A DNA stretch of 64,000 nt from Parcubacteria bacterium DG_74_1 (GCA_001303125.1 LJNE01000001.1:17737-81736); one strand, 5' to 3'. Shown: positions 1 to 9,276, numbered from the stretch's first letter. The notes: generated by a model not told the origin, from the letters alone. A program made the numbers and translations.

Positions 1-1601
1 CCAAAATATTCTGCCAAACCCTGAGCAGTCTCTTCGCCGACATTTCTGATGCCCAAGACATAAATGAACCTTGATAATAAAATTTTCTTTTTCGATTGGA
101 TGGCTTCAATTAAATTTTTAGCAGATTTTTCGGCAAAGCGCTCCAGCGGCAATATATCTCCTTCTTCTAATTTGAAAAGGTCGGCGGGATCGGAAATCAA
201 ACCCTCGTCAATCAGCCTATCAATAATTTTGGGGCCAAGGCCTATAATGTCGAATGACTCAACAAAATAGTAAAAATATTCTTTCCGGCGAGCAAAGCAC
301 TTAAGATTAGGACAACGCCAGACTGCTTCGCCTTCTGACTTAATTAGTTTTGTTTGGCAGGCTGGGCATTTTTTAGGAAAACGAAATTCTTTCTCTCGGC
401 CCGTTCTTAATTCCGGTAAAACCTTGATAATGTCGGGAATGACATCCCCGGCCCGGCCGACAATGACCGTATCGCCAATTTTTACTCCCAATTTTTTGAT
501 TTCATCCTCATTATGCAAAGTGGCTCGGGAAATCTTTACTCCGCCAATATCTACCGGTTTTAAATAGGCTACCGGAGTTACCGCACCCGTCCGGCCAATC
601 TGAACGTGAATCGCTTCAACAATGGTCGTTGCCTGTTTCAAAGGGAATTTGTAAGCAATGGCCCCTCGGGGCGCTTTGCCGACCACTCCTAATCTTTTGA
701 AAATTCCGATATCATTGATCGTTACGGTAATTCCGTCAATTTCGTAAGGGAATTTTTCTCTTAATCCCTGGGTATTCTTATGAAAATCAAAAACTTCATC
801 TAAGTTCTTACAGTATTTTGAGTACTTGTTGTTAGTTTTGAACCCTAAAGCGGCTAAAATTTGATGCTTATCTTCATGGGTTTTTTGGCCTAGCTCAGTG
901 ACTAATTCATAACAGGTTGAATCGAGATGGCGCTGCCTAGTCGCCTTGGGATCCAACTGTCTAATGGAACCAGCTGCCAAATTTCTAGGATTGGCAAATA
1001 GAGGTAAGTCTTTCTTTATTTGCTCCTGATTGATTTTTTCAAATTCCTTTTTGGTAATAATCACCTCTCCCCTAGCTACTATCTGCGGCGGAGATTGGAA
1101 ATTATCAAGATTTAGCTTGAGTGGTATAGCCTCAATAGTTTTTAAGTTCTGGGTAACGTCTTCGCCAATTAAGCCATCACCCCGACTGGAGCCAACTTTT
1201 AAAACTCCGTTTTTATAAACTAATTCTATGGCTAAGCCGTCTAATTTTGGCTCGCAATAAAAATCAACTTTTTTCATTTCTTCGGGTGTTAAAAGTCTAG
1301 AGATTCTTTCCAGCCAGTCTTCCATATCTTTCTGCGAAAAAGCATCATTAAAAGACAACATTGGTTCGGGATGTCTGACTTTTTCAAATTTCTCCAAGGG
1401 CTTTCCGCCAACCCGCTGGGTGGGCGAATCGGGCGTAATAAGTTCCGGGAACTCTTGCTCTAAATCAAAAAGTTCCTTTTTTAGAGAGTCCAAGGCGGCC
1501 TCGGAAATCTCCTGACGGTCTAAAACATGATACAAGTAGCGGTGGTGATTAATCTCTTTCTTTAATTTACCGATGCGTTCTTTGGCTTGCTTTTTGTGCA
1601 T
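1..1601 (-). CDS. ligA: NAD+-dependent DNA ligase LigA, first ~533 codons (3' end of gene lies beyond the left edge)
   Basis: The minus frame is open from ATG 1599-1601 to base 1. It is absent from the ORF track because there is no stop in the window. Hand translation starts MHKKQAKERIGKLKKEINHHRYLYHVLDRQEISE. It has the adenylation motif CEPKLDGLAIELVY, a Zn finger CPACQTKL..WRCPNLKC and an HhH-like GLGPKIIDRL. Confidence 0.9.
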   Translation of the reverse strand, partial: MHKKQAKERIGKLKKEINHHRYLYHVLDRQEISEAALDSLKKELFDLEQEFPELITPDSPTQRVGGKPLEKFEKVRHPEPMLSFNDAFSQKDMEDWLERISRLLTPEEMKKVDFYCEPKLDGLAIELVYKNGVLKVGSSRGDGLIGEDVTQNLKTIEAIPLKLNLDNFQSPPQIVARGEVIITKKEFEKINQEQIKKDLPLFANPRNLAAGSIRQLDPKATRQRHLDSTCYELVTELGQKTHEDKHQILAALGFKTNNKYSKYCKNLDEVFDFHKNTQGLREKFPYEIDGITVTINDIGIFKRLGVVGKAPRGAIAYKFPLKQATTIVEAIHVQIGRTGAVTPVAYLKPVDIGGVKISRATLHNEDEIKKLGVKIGDTVIVGRAGDVIPDIIKVLPELRTGREKEFRFPKKCPACQTKLIKSEGEAVWRCPNLKCFARRKEYFYYFVESFDIIGLGPKIIDRLIDEGLISDPADLFKLEEGDILPLERFAEKSAKNLIEAIQSKKKILLSRFIYVLGIRNVGEETAQGLAEYF

Positions 1602-1654
1602 AGCTTAATATTTTATAATATCCTGAAATCGCTTTTTTTGAAAGCTCTGAAAAT

Positions 1655-1678
1655 AAAAAACCAGAGGAATGCCCTCTG
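1655..1678 (-). terminator. intrinsic terminator after T4P locus 1
   Basis: Read on the minus strand: CAGAGG-gcatt-CCTCTG followed by GTTTTTTA. It lies between the last pilus gene (end 1744) and the ligA start (1601). Confidence 0.55.
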
Positions 1679-1743
1679 AAAATTTTAGCATATTTTTGTC
1701 AGATTCGGTTACTCTCTTGATATTTTACTGAAAATTTAAAAAT

Positions 1744-2769
1744 CTAAGGCTTTATTTCTCCGAATTCATCGCCCGGAGGACAGAAAATATAAATCGCGAA
1801 TACTAAATCAAATACCGCGCTTGGATCGGCGCTATTACCTTTCTCAGCCCAATCAAGGCCAGTCCAGCGCCATCCTTTTCCTGGAAGATAACGGCGCTCA
1901 GTACAGCAACTAGCCCACTCTATATGTTCTCCTGGCGGCGCGTCATAATAAACAACTAAGGCGTAGGCGGTTCCCGAAGCAACCGGAGCAGGCGGATCAA
2001 AATTAAAAGCTATATCATATCTATGAGCTCCTTCATCATTAATAATATCAAAGTCAGTGGTTGAAGCAAGCGGAGGTGGCGCAGGAAAGGCAATAGATTC
2101 TGGCTTAGTGGCGCCTGGGTTATCAGTAGAGCTAGCATAAAAATTATCCGTGTATGATGGATCGATATTTCTGATTTCCGCCCTTAAAGTATTGGTGTAA
2201 ATACTACCTGCATCAAACGCTTCCATATAAATATCTGCTCTATAAAGGTCGCCGTCTCGGCCAGCCACAAAGGTTTGGGCATAAGGCTTGCCGACCTCCA
2301 CCTCTGGGCCAAGCTTCCCTGCCCCGCCGCATCTACAGGGTTCGTGTCCTGGCGGGCCTTCGTGCACAACTGGAAGTGCCATCGCCTGGTCAAGGCCTAT
2401 TGGCGCCGGCGCATACATTGCTCTCCTGACACTTCCGCTCCAACCAATTGAAATCCAGGCTGATTCACTTAGCGAAATCGGAACTTCTTTTAGGCAATAA
2501 AAAGTTTCCTCAGCTGCATCTACTGTCTGCCAGTTACCAAGATCACAACTCGCAGCAGGTGGAACCGATTTATTTTCTAAAATATATTCCATTCCCGCGC
2601 TAGCAGCAGCAATGGCCTGAACTGATTCTTTTACATTCCTGGCCATTTTTATTTCTCTGACATTCAAAACGATTAATCCGATACTAATAAGTAAGATAGC
2701 AGTTAAAATCAAAAGGGTGACTAAGATTGCTATCTGCCCTTTTTTGTTAAAAATAATTTTTAAACTCAT
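1744..2769 (-). CDS. large PilX/GspK-position pilin-like protein, putative pilus tip subunit
   Basis: Start moved to ATG 2769 (MSLKIIFNKKGQIAILVTLLILTAILL), 1 nt after the upstream stop. The N-terminal hydrophobic helix follows KKG but has no Glu5, as in PilX/GspK-type subunits. The remaining ~270 aa match no family I recognise and contain 7 Cys. Confidence 0.55.
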   Translation of the reverse strand: MSLKIIFNKKGQIAILVTLLILTAILLISIGLIVLNVREIKMARNVKESVQAIAAASAGMEYILENKSVPPAASCDLGNWQTVDAAEETFYCLKEVPISLSESAWISIGWSGSVRRAMYAPAPIGLDQAMALPVVHEGPPGHEPCRCGGAGKLGPEVEVGKPYAQTFVAGRDGDLYRADIYMEAFDAGSIYTNTLRAEIRNIDPSYTDNFYASSTDNPGATKPESIAFPAPPPLASTTDFDIINDEGAHRYDIAFNFDPPAPVASGTAYALVVYYDAPPGEHIEWASCCTERRYLPGKGWRWTGLDWAEKGNSADPSAVFDLVFAIYIFCPPGDEFGEIKP

Positions 2770-2770
2770 A

Positions 2771-3286
2771 TTAGTATGACATGATTGAAACCGTGGTCTG
2801 TAAAGATATGCTTGACGAAGGGTCGCTAACCGACTCAATGTTCATGGCAATAGTTACTCTTGGCTGAACGTCTTCCCCAACAAAATCATTAACGCAGAAA
2901 ACAAGCTCGCTAACATTGACTTCTGAGGAAGTGAGTGATCTACTATTTAATCCTATACCCGCCATTAACTTTTGGCTGTCTAAACCGTATCTTTGAGGAA
3001 AACCAGTTGAACTAAAAAAATCCAAGCTATTACTGCATACCCCGGGAGGCGATGTTATTTCTTGAGCCGTCCTTATTTCCCGACTCATTGTTTCCATGGC
3101 ATAACGGGCATTATCTTCCACTGTTTTTATCCGGGTAACTTCTTTTTCTCCGGTAACCGAGGAAACAAAAACTCCAATCGCCACAGTGATTACCAGTATG
3201 ACAATAAAGCTGGTAACAAAAAGTTCAATCAGGGTGAATCCTTGATTGCTAAAACTTAGTTTTATTTTGGCTTTCAAAAAGGACAT
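2771..3286 (-). CDS. prepilin-type N-terminal cleavage/methylation domain protein (minor pilin, PilW/GspJ position)
   Basis: Class III signal SFSNQG|FTLIELFV with Glu5 and a hydrophobic helix. Adjacent to other pilin genes. Confidence 0.7.
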   Translation of the reverse strand: MSFLKAKIKLSFSNQGFTLIELFVTSFIVILVITVAIGVFVSSVTGEKEVTRIKTVEDNARYAMETMSREIRTAQEITSPPGVCSNSLDFFSSTGFPQRYGLDSQKLMAGIGLNSRSLTSSEVNVSELVFCVNDFVGEDVQPRVTIAMNIESVSDPSSSISLQTTVSIMSY

Positions 3287-3287
3287 A

Positions 3288-4250
3288 TTAATATGCTATT
3301 TTCTCAAAAACCCGGCACTTACACGAGCCAGTGTCACAGTCATATATGTCACATACGACGGAAGGGTCGGAATAAAAAGCCGGTACATCCGGAGACTCTT
3401 CCAGGCCAGGGTTAAGTTCGTCACCATTGTGATCCCAGGGTGATATATAAAGAAATTCTCCGTTGAAGGGGTCACCTGCGTCATAATCATTGCAATTCCC
3501 CCCTATACAGCATCTTGCACATTTGCGATTGTGATGATATTCACCGCTGCCGGTAAGAGGGAAACAGTCGGCATTGCCTTCTTCTTGTTTTAAGTCAAGA
3601 CAGTTCACCGCCGCTCCTGTTTCGTCCCATCTATACTTAACTACAGGAGAAGTTATTACTTCATAGTCCCGAAGAATATCTCTCACGCTGATTTGACGCC
3701 AGTCTCCTCCCTGGACTTGCCAGGCGACCCAGGAGGTGACCCGAAGGCGTGTGCCACCAGCCTGTTCTACTATTCTAATTAAACGGTAGAATTTAGTTGG
3801 CTCTCCGCTGCTATCGTGAGAGTAAAGACCATCACTATCAAGAAAAAGCTGACAAGCTGTCCCGAGGTTATTTTTACAAGCTATAGCATTACCAATACCA
3901 GGAAGCAGATAAGTGGGAGCGGTAGTACTGGAACTTAGCGTCACCGAACCTTGGCCTATGTCTTGCTTCCAAGAAACGCTATTATCTCTCATGCCATTGT
4001 CCGCTTTGTCTGCCAGCCAGTTACTATCTCTAATATTCTTTATTACTCCTATGCCTTCTTGAGCCAAATTGGCAGCAATAACTTCATCCGGGCTTACCCG
4101 ACTAATAGAAATAGCATAGCTGATTACTCCTAAAATCGCTATCAGGCCCGTAGTAATAATAGCAACAGCGATTAAGGCCTCAACAAGAGTAAAACCTTGA
4201 AATTGACCAGAGGTCGTTTTCTTAAATTTTTTAAAAAAATTTGCCCTCAT
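3288..4250 (-). CDS. prepilin-type minor pilin with cysteine-rich C-terminal domain (PilV/GspI position)
   Basis: Signal GQFQG|FTLVEALIAVAII. 12 Cys in total, 10 of them in the last ~110 aa (KCARCCIGGNCNDYD, VCDIYDCDTGSCKC). Confidence 0.7.
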   Translation of the reverse strand: MRANFFKKFKKTTSGQFQGFTLVEALIAVAIITTGLIAILGVISYAISISRVSPDEVIAANLAQEGIGVIKNIRDSNWLADKADNGMRDNSVSWKQDIGQGSVTLSSSTTAPTYLLPGIGNAIACKNNLGTACQLFLDSDGLYSHDSSGEPTKFYRLIRIVEQAGGTRLRVTSWVAWQVQGGDWRQISVRDILRDYEVITSPVVKYRWDETGAAVNCLDLKQEEGNADCFPLTGSGEYHHNRKCARCCIGGNCNDYDAGDPFNGEFLYISPWDHNGDELNPGLEESPDVPAFYSDPSVVCDIYDCDTGSCKCRVFEKIAY

Positions 4251-4272
4251 TTAGATTAACCTATTCCAATGC

Positions 4273-4803
4273 TTATTCTATGTCAATGGTGCCCCTTTCG
4301 TTTATTATAATATTTCTAAAATTACTTGGGTTGTCTATCCTTCGAACAGGAATGGTCGTGGTGGCAGCAGGACTCTTTCCGCCATAAGGAGCACTAAAAA
4401 GAATGTCGGTACTGGTTCCTATTTCCATGCCCGCAGGCAGATCAATCACCTCAATCACAAAAGAGCTACCGGGACAAGTTACGTTAGGCGGAACGCCGCC
4501 ATAATTTTCAAGTAGGCTGTAAGAGGAAGAAGCAAGACTGAAACGAATGCCGTAGCTACAAGGAACATATTCTTCAGTACCAGCCGTCCTTGTCTCAGCT
4601 GCCATCGCCATATTCTGAACCAGACGCAAGTCGTTAGCCACTTGCCGAACCGCTATCTCAAGACTTGTTCCCGGCCGAGGATCACCAATCCACAGCGCGC
4701 CAGCCATTATCAAAATAATAGCCGTAACCACCAAAAGCTCTATAAAGGTCATGCCCTTGTCGCCTATCTTTTTAAAATTTTTTAACGTATTCAGGGCAGT
4801 CAT
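4273..4803 (-). CDS. prepilin-type minor pilin (GspH/FimT position)
   Basis: Signal KIGDKG|MTFIELLVVTAII with Glu5. Overlaps the pilD stop by 4 nt. Confidence 0.7.
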   Translation of the reverse strand: MTALNTLKNFKKIGDKGMTFIELLVVTAIILIMAGALWIGDPRPGTSLEIAVRQVANDLRLVQNMAMAAETRTAGTEEYVPCSYGIRFSLASSSYSLLENYGGVPPNVTCPGSSFVIEVIDLPAGMEIGTSTDILFSAPYGGKSPAATTTIPVRRIDNPSNFRNIIINERGTIDIE

Positions 4804-5618
4804 CCTAGATTGATTAGATCTAAATAAAGGTTTATCAGCGGTCCGCCCCAGAACAGAGCAATAAATGTTCCGAAAACCAAGAACGGACCGAGGGGAATTT
4901 CTGATTTTAAGGTTTTTTTACCGAGCAGAATTAGGTCTACTCCTATTATAGCACCGATTAAAAAAGTTAAAAACAGGGCCACAAAGATATTAGGCCAGCC
5001 CAGAACCAAACCCATTAAAAAAACCAACTTAACGTCCCCCCCACCCATCCAGGCACCGCGGGAAATTAAAATGAACAATAAAAAGAAGGCAGCTGCGCCA
5101 AAAGCGGAGAATAAAAACTGAATTAAGAACTTAGAATTATGAACTACAAATAGCGAATAAAAAATATTATACAAAAAAGTAATAACAATTGCCGGAGAAA
5201 CCACTTTATCGGGAATAATATAATGCTTTAAGTCGTAAACGAAAATTATGATCAAAAAACAGGAAATTATCCAGTAGTAAATTAGGTCTAAAAAATTAAA
5301 AATTGTCCCATTAGATAATTTCATATCTAACGGGATAAAAAAATTGAAAATTAGTAGAAACAGCAGCCCCGTTGCCATTTCAACTAGAGGATACTGAAAA
5401 GATATGGATTTCTGGCAGTAGCGACATTTACCTCTTAAAATAAAGAAGCTCAAGAGAGGAATCAAATCTTGCCAAGACAAGATATGACGGCAATACGGAC
5501 AGAGGGAGCGACCTCTAAGAAAACTCTGGTCGGTCTCCAGGCGATAAATAACACAATTCAGAAAGGAACCAACTGCCAATCCGAAAAGAAAAATTGAAAA
5601 ACAAATTAAAGTTGCCAT
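4800..5618 (-). CDS. pilD: prepilin peptidase (A24 family) PilD
   Basis: N-terminal Cys pairs CPYCRH...CRYCQ, a polytopic membrane profile and the GGGDVKL aspartyl-protease motif. Confidence 0.85.
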   Translation of the reverse strand: MATLICFSIFLFGLAVGSFLNCVIYRLETDQSFLRGRSLCPYCRHILSWQDLIPLLSFFILRGKCRYCQKSISFQYPLVEMATGLLFLLIFNFFIPLDMKLSNGTIFNFLDLIYYWIISCFLIIIFVYDLKHYIIPDKVVSPAIVITFLYNIFYSLFVVHNSKFLIQFLFSAFGAAAFFLLFILISRGAWMGGGDVKLVFLMGLVLGWPNIFVALFLTFLIGAIIGVDLILLGKKTLKSEIPLGPFLVFGTFIALFWGGPLINLYLDLINLG

Positions 5619-5713
5619 TTTACTATTTTACCTAGTTAGGAACTTAATAGCAAACCTTTTTATTCTGACCTCTTAAGAATTTCTAACGGGGGTTAACATT
5701 TCTTAAGCCAAAT

Positions 5714-5745
5714 AAAAACCGGCTGCGAGTCCGTTGCCGGTTTTT
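5714..5745 (-). terminator. hairpin terminator directly after pilA (usable in both directions)
   Basis: AAAAACCGGC-tgcgagtccgtt-GCCGGTTTTT, with A-run and T-run flanks. It begins 50 nt downstream of the pilA stop. Confidence 0.6.
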
Positions 5746-5794
5746 AAAAATAATTTGGCAGTTCAACAAAACCAAACAAATCGCCGCCAGTCAA

Positions 5795-6214
5795 TTATGG
5801 ACAGCCGGCAGGCGTTTCTATCCTGGTCTCAGTTACCGTGGCACTGGTACAAGAAGCATTCGGATGACCGGTTAATGTTACCGTATAACCCGGATTAGAT
5901 TCATTGCAGTCACTTGAAGTAGCATAGGTTACACTCGTAACATTTAATTCAGTCGCCGTGGGTAGATTAGACCCACAACCCGGACTACACATGTCTCCCC
6001 CTGCCGAAGTCTGTAAGTCATTAGTGGGAACAGCACAACACAGGGAAATTCCCGGCCTGACACCAGAAAGAGTTGATACTGTTGCCGCGGTCAGAGCCCT
6101 CGTTCTAGCTCCAGACAAAGAAATCAAGACAATGGCAGCTAAAATTCCGATAATGGCAATAACCACCAAAAGCTCAATCAGGGTGAACCCTCTTTTTTCT
6201 CTGAAAAATTGCAT
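5795..6214 (-). CDS. pilA: type IV major pilin (PilA-like), cysteine-rich
   Basis: Signal FREKRG|FTLIELLVVIAIIGILAAIVL. 139 aa, the shortest pilin in the locus, with its own promoter and terminator. The mature part has 7 Cys. Confidence 0.75.
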   Translation of the reverse strand: MQFFREKRGFTLIELLVVIAIIGILAAIVLISLSGARTRALTAATVSTLSGVRPGISLCCAVPTNDLQTSAGGDMCSPGCGSNLPTATELNVTSVTYATSSDCNESNPGYTVTLTGHPNASCTSATVTETRIETPAGCP

Positions 6215-6358
6215 GTTAATTAGTAATTTTATTAGTAATTGTTAAACTTCGACCTTTTAATTTTTATCAGCGTTTACTATGCTATTCTTACGGCCTCTGG
6301 GTCAAGAAAATCTTGGAATTCTTATTGTCTGCATCTCTGGTAAAAATATTCTTATTTC

Positions 6359-6388
6359 ATTATATCCCGCGACATCTAACGGAGTCAA
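6359..6388 (-). promoter_or_regulatory. sigma70-like promoter upstream of pilA
   Basis: Minus-sense TTGACT (6383-6388), 18 nt spacer, TATAAT (6359-6364). It lies just after the pilC stop and about 145 nt upstream of the pilA ATG. Confidence 0.45.
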
Positions 6389-6401
6389 GGTGTGAAGAAC
6401 T

Positions 6402-7610
6402 TTAGGCTATCTCAGATAGCTGGTAGATGGGCAGCAAGAAGGTGGCGATTACTATGCCAACTATCCCTCCCAGAAAAACAATTATTAAAGGCTCTAAAGT
6501 GCCCAGAAGATTCTCAATACCTCTCTCGGTTTCTTTCTGGTAGAAATTGACTAAACTCATCAGGGATTCGTTTAAGGTTCCGGTTCGCTCGCCGACAAGG
6601 GTCATCTGGGTAAAGACCGGCGAGAAAATCCCAGGATAATAAGCCAAAACTTGGGAAATTGACTTTCCTCTTCTAACCTCATCCCTGGTCTTTAAAATAG
6701 CTTTCTGATAAATGGAATTCCCGACAATTCCACTGGTAATTTCTAGACATTCGGCGATGGGCAGACCACCAGAAATCAAAGTGGTGAGATTCTCGGCAAA
6801 TCTCGTAACATAAACCAATTTTAAAAGGGGCCCTACCACGGGAATCTTTAAAATGCTTCTGTCAAAAAAACCTCTTCCGCCTTCGGTCCTATAAAACCAA
6901 AAAAGAGAACCAACCAAGAACAATAAAATAAAAATAAAAATCCAACCCCATTCTCTAAAGAATTCAAAAAGGGCCATGGCTATTTTAGTATGGGCCGGCA
7001 GATCCGTGCCCAGATCTCTCAAAACCGTGGTCAACTGGGGAATAACAAAGAAAACCATTAAAGCCAAAACTATTAAGACGACGACGAGAACTATAGCCGG
7101 GTAAATCATGGCCCCCTTTATCTTGCCACTTAAATGGTATTCTCTCTCCAAATGTTCAGCCAGGTAACTAAGGGCCTCGGAAAGCTTTCCCGAAGCTTCA
7201 CCAGACCTGACCATCGCAACATAAAAAGGGGAGAAAAGCGCCGGATATTTGGCAATAGCCAAAGAAAAGGCGGTGCCTCCTTCAACCTCATTAGAGATTG
7301 CTAGAATTTTTTCCCGAAAATTGAGGTTTTTTGTTTGGCTGGCTAAAGTCTGTAAAGATTCAACCATGGGTACTTTGGCGCTAAACATTATGGAAAGCTG
7401 TCGAGAAAATAAAACACGGTCTTTTAATGAGACCCTTGAGAGAAACTTTATCGACCTGGCATAAAACGGAACCTCTCCCGCCTCTTGTAAAACCGTAACA
7501 TACAACCCGTATCCCTGCAAAATGGAAACAGCCTTTTCTGCGGAAGAAGCTTCAATCACTCCCGCTTGAATTTTTCCGGTCTCAGTGCGGGCTTGGTAGT
7601 TAAAATTCAT
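6402..7610 (-). CDS. pilC: type IV pilus platform protein PilC (GspF family)
   Basis: 402 aa with two GspF-type repeats and three TM segments. Typical PilC length and context. Confidence 0.9.
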   Translation of the reverse strand: MNFNYQARTETGKIQAGVIEASSAEKAVSILQGYGLYVTVLQEAGEVPFYARSIKFLSRVSLKDRVLFSRQLSIMFSAKVPMVESLQTLASQTKNLNFREKILAISNEVEGGTAFSLAIAKYPALFSPFYVAMVRSGEASGKLSEALSYLAEHLEREYHLSGKIKGAMIYPAIVLVVVLIVLALMVFFVIPQLTTVLRDLGTDLPAHTKIAMALFEFFREWGWIFIFILLFLVGSLFWFYRTEGGRGFFDRSILKIPVVGPLLKLVYVTRFAENLTTLISGGLPIAECLEITSGIVGNSIYQKAILKTRDEVRRGKSISQVLAYYPGIFSPVFTQMTLVGERTGTLNESLMSLVNFYQKETERGIENLLGTLEPLIIVFLGGIVGIVIATFLLPIYQLSEIA

Positions 7611-7739
7611 CCAATTTGAGGTCTGCTGTTATATAGTAGACAACTAATTTCCAACAAACTCTTATTGTCAGTTTTAACATATCAGTGCCCCGCAGAAAAA
7701 TTTTCTAAAGAAAATTTCTGCCAAGGTTTCTAACGAGAT

Positions 7740-8810
7740 TTATTTAATCAAAATCTTCAGTTCGGCCGGACTAAGCGAGTAATTCAAGGCCTTTTCTAGG
7801 CTGATTTCTTTCCTCTTAATGAGGTCGGCTAAAGATCTATTTAAAGAAATCATTCCTCTTTCGGCCGAGGTCTCAATAACCAGAGGGATCTCATGGATTT
7901 TATTCTCTCGGATTAAGTTAGCCGTAGCCGGAGTGTTAAATAGAACCTCACAAGCGGGAAGCATGCCCCCCTTTATTCTAGGGATTAACCTCTGAGAAAC
8001 TATGCCTAAAAGAGAGCCTGATAACTGGGCCCTGACTTGATTTTGCTGGGCCGGCGCAAACGAATCAACGATTCGGTGAATTGTCTGGCTAGCAGAGTTA
8101 GTATGTAAAGTAGCAAAAACTAGATGGCCGGTTTCAGCCGCCGTAATGGCAGTGGCTATAGTCTCCGGATCTCTCATCTCGCCAACCATAATGACGTCTG
8201 GGTCTTGGCGAAAAGTAGAACGAAGGGCCCGGTTAAAAGAAAGAGTATCTTGATAAACCTCACGCTGGTCAATAACCGATTTATCATCTTCAAAAATATA
8301 TTCAATAGGGTCCTCAATAGTGATGATGTGATCTGTCCGCATATGGTTTATCTCACCAATCAGGGCGGCTAAAGTGGTCGATTTCCCATGAGAAGAGGGG
8401 CCGGTAATCAAAACAAACCCCTGAGTAGCCTCAGTAAACTGGTGTAAAACGGTAGGAAGATTTAATTCTTCAATTGTGGGAATTTTAGAAGGAATTAACC
8501 TCAGGGCGCAGGATATATTTCCTCGTTGGAAAAAGACATTAACCCTGAACCTGGCCTTTTCTTCAGGAAAACTATAAGAAAAATCGACTTCTTTTTTTTC
8601 AAATAATCTTTGTCTTTGCTCCTCGCTCATCAAGGTTTCAGATAAATTTTTGACATCATCCGAAGAAAGTTCTTTGTGTTTTGTTAGGGGAACGAGTCTA
8701 CCCGCCAGCCTTACAGTCGGCGGATGCTCAGCAGACAGATGCAAGTCGGAAGCCTGTCCCTGAACGGTAATAGATAGTAATTCTTTGAGTTGGGCAGAAT
8801 AATCTAACAT
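7740..8810 (-). CDS. pilT: twitching-motility retraction ATPase PilT
   Basis: 356 aa. Walker A GPSSHGKSTT, PilT-type ANLIRENKIHEI motif, no N-terminal GspE extension. Confidence 0.9.
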   Translation of the reverse strand: MLDYSAQLKELLSITVQGQASDLHLSAEHPPTVRLAGRLVPLTKHKELSSDDVKNLSETLMSEEQRQRLFEKKEVDFSYSFPEEKARFRVNVFFQRGNISCALRLIPSKIPTIEELNLPTVLHQFTEATQGFVLITGPSSHGKSTTLAALIGEINHMRTDHIITIEDPIEYIFEDDKSVIDQREVYQDTLSFNRALRSTFRQDPDVIMVGEMRDPETIATAITAAETGHLVFATLHTNSASQTIHRIVDSFAPAQQNQVRAQLSGSLLGIVSQRLIPRIKGGMLPACEVLFNTPATANLIRENKIHEIPLVIETSAERGMISLNRSLADLIKRKEISLEKALNYSLSPAELKILIK

Positions 8811-8853
8811 ATATTTGTTTATAATATTACTTTAACTTTTTTAAAAATTTTCT

Positions 8854-8872
8854 TAACTACTTCGCTTGGTGT
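8854..8872. repeat. 19-nt direct repeat, copy A (intergenic)
   Basis: TAACTACTTCGCTTGGTGT is identical to 8925-8943, which lies inside the 3' end of the receiver gene. Confidence 0.8.
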
Positions 8873-8898
8873 TCAAAGAAATAAGTTTCTTTTCGTCC

Positions 8899-9276
8899 TC
8901 ACTTCAGTAGTTGTTCTATTTCTGTAACTACTTCGCTTGGTGTATAATGAGCTTTTATCAAATATTTAATTGCTCCCATTTTTATACCTTTTTCCACTTC
9001 TTCCTTCTGGCCAAGATTAGATAAGATAACAATTTGTAAATTCTTTAAATACTCAATATTAGCACTTAGAGCTTTAATCTTTTCCAATATTTCCCAACCG
9101 TCAATCTGAGGTAAGACAATATCTAAAAGCAAAAGGTCAAATTTTTTTTCAGATAATTCTCTTAAGCCCTTCTCTCCATCGGTGGCCACCTCAATACTAA
9201 AACCGGATTCTTTAAGCTTGGTATTATAAATATCAACAAGGAAAGGGTCGTCTTCAATTAATAAAATTTTTTTCAT
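8899..9276 (-). CDS. single-domain response regulator (receiver only, CheY-like)
   Basis: 125 aa with an acidic pocket (IEDD), phospho-acceptor context LLLLDIVLP and conserved YLIKA lysine. No output domain. Confidence 0.85.
   Translation of the reverse strand: MKKILLIEDDPFLVDIYNTKLKESGFSIEVATDGEKGLRELSEKKFDLLLLDIVLPQIDGWEILEKIKALSANIEYLKNLQIVILSNLGQKEEVEKGIKMGAIKYLIKAHYTPSEVVTEIEQLLK
8925..8943. repeat. 19-nt direct repeat, copy B (inside receiver gene 3' end)
   Basis: Identical to 8854-8872. On the minus strand it encodes ..YTPSEVV.. Confidence 0.8.

Noticed and set aside
7641-7652. 11-nt match TAATTTCCAAC in the spacers next to both pilC genes (7645-7655 and 47927-47937), as a shared regulatory site
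   Set aside because: It is a single short AT-rich match with different positions relative to the genes: upstream of pilC in locus 1 and downstream of pilC in locus 2. That is compatible with chance.
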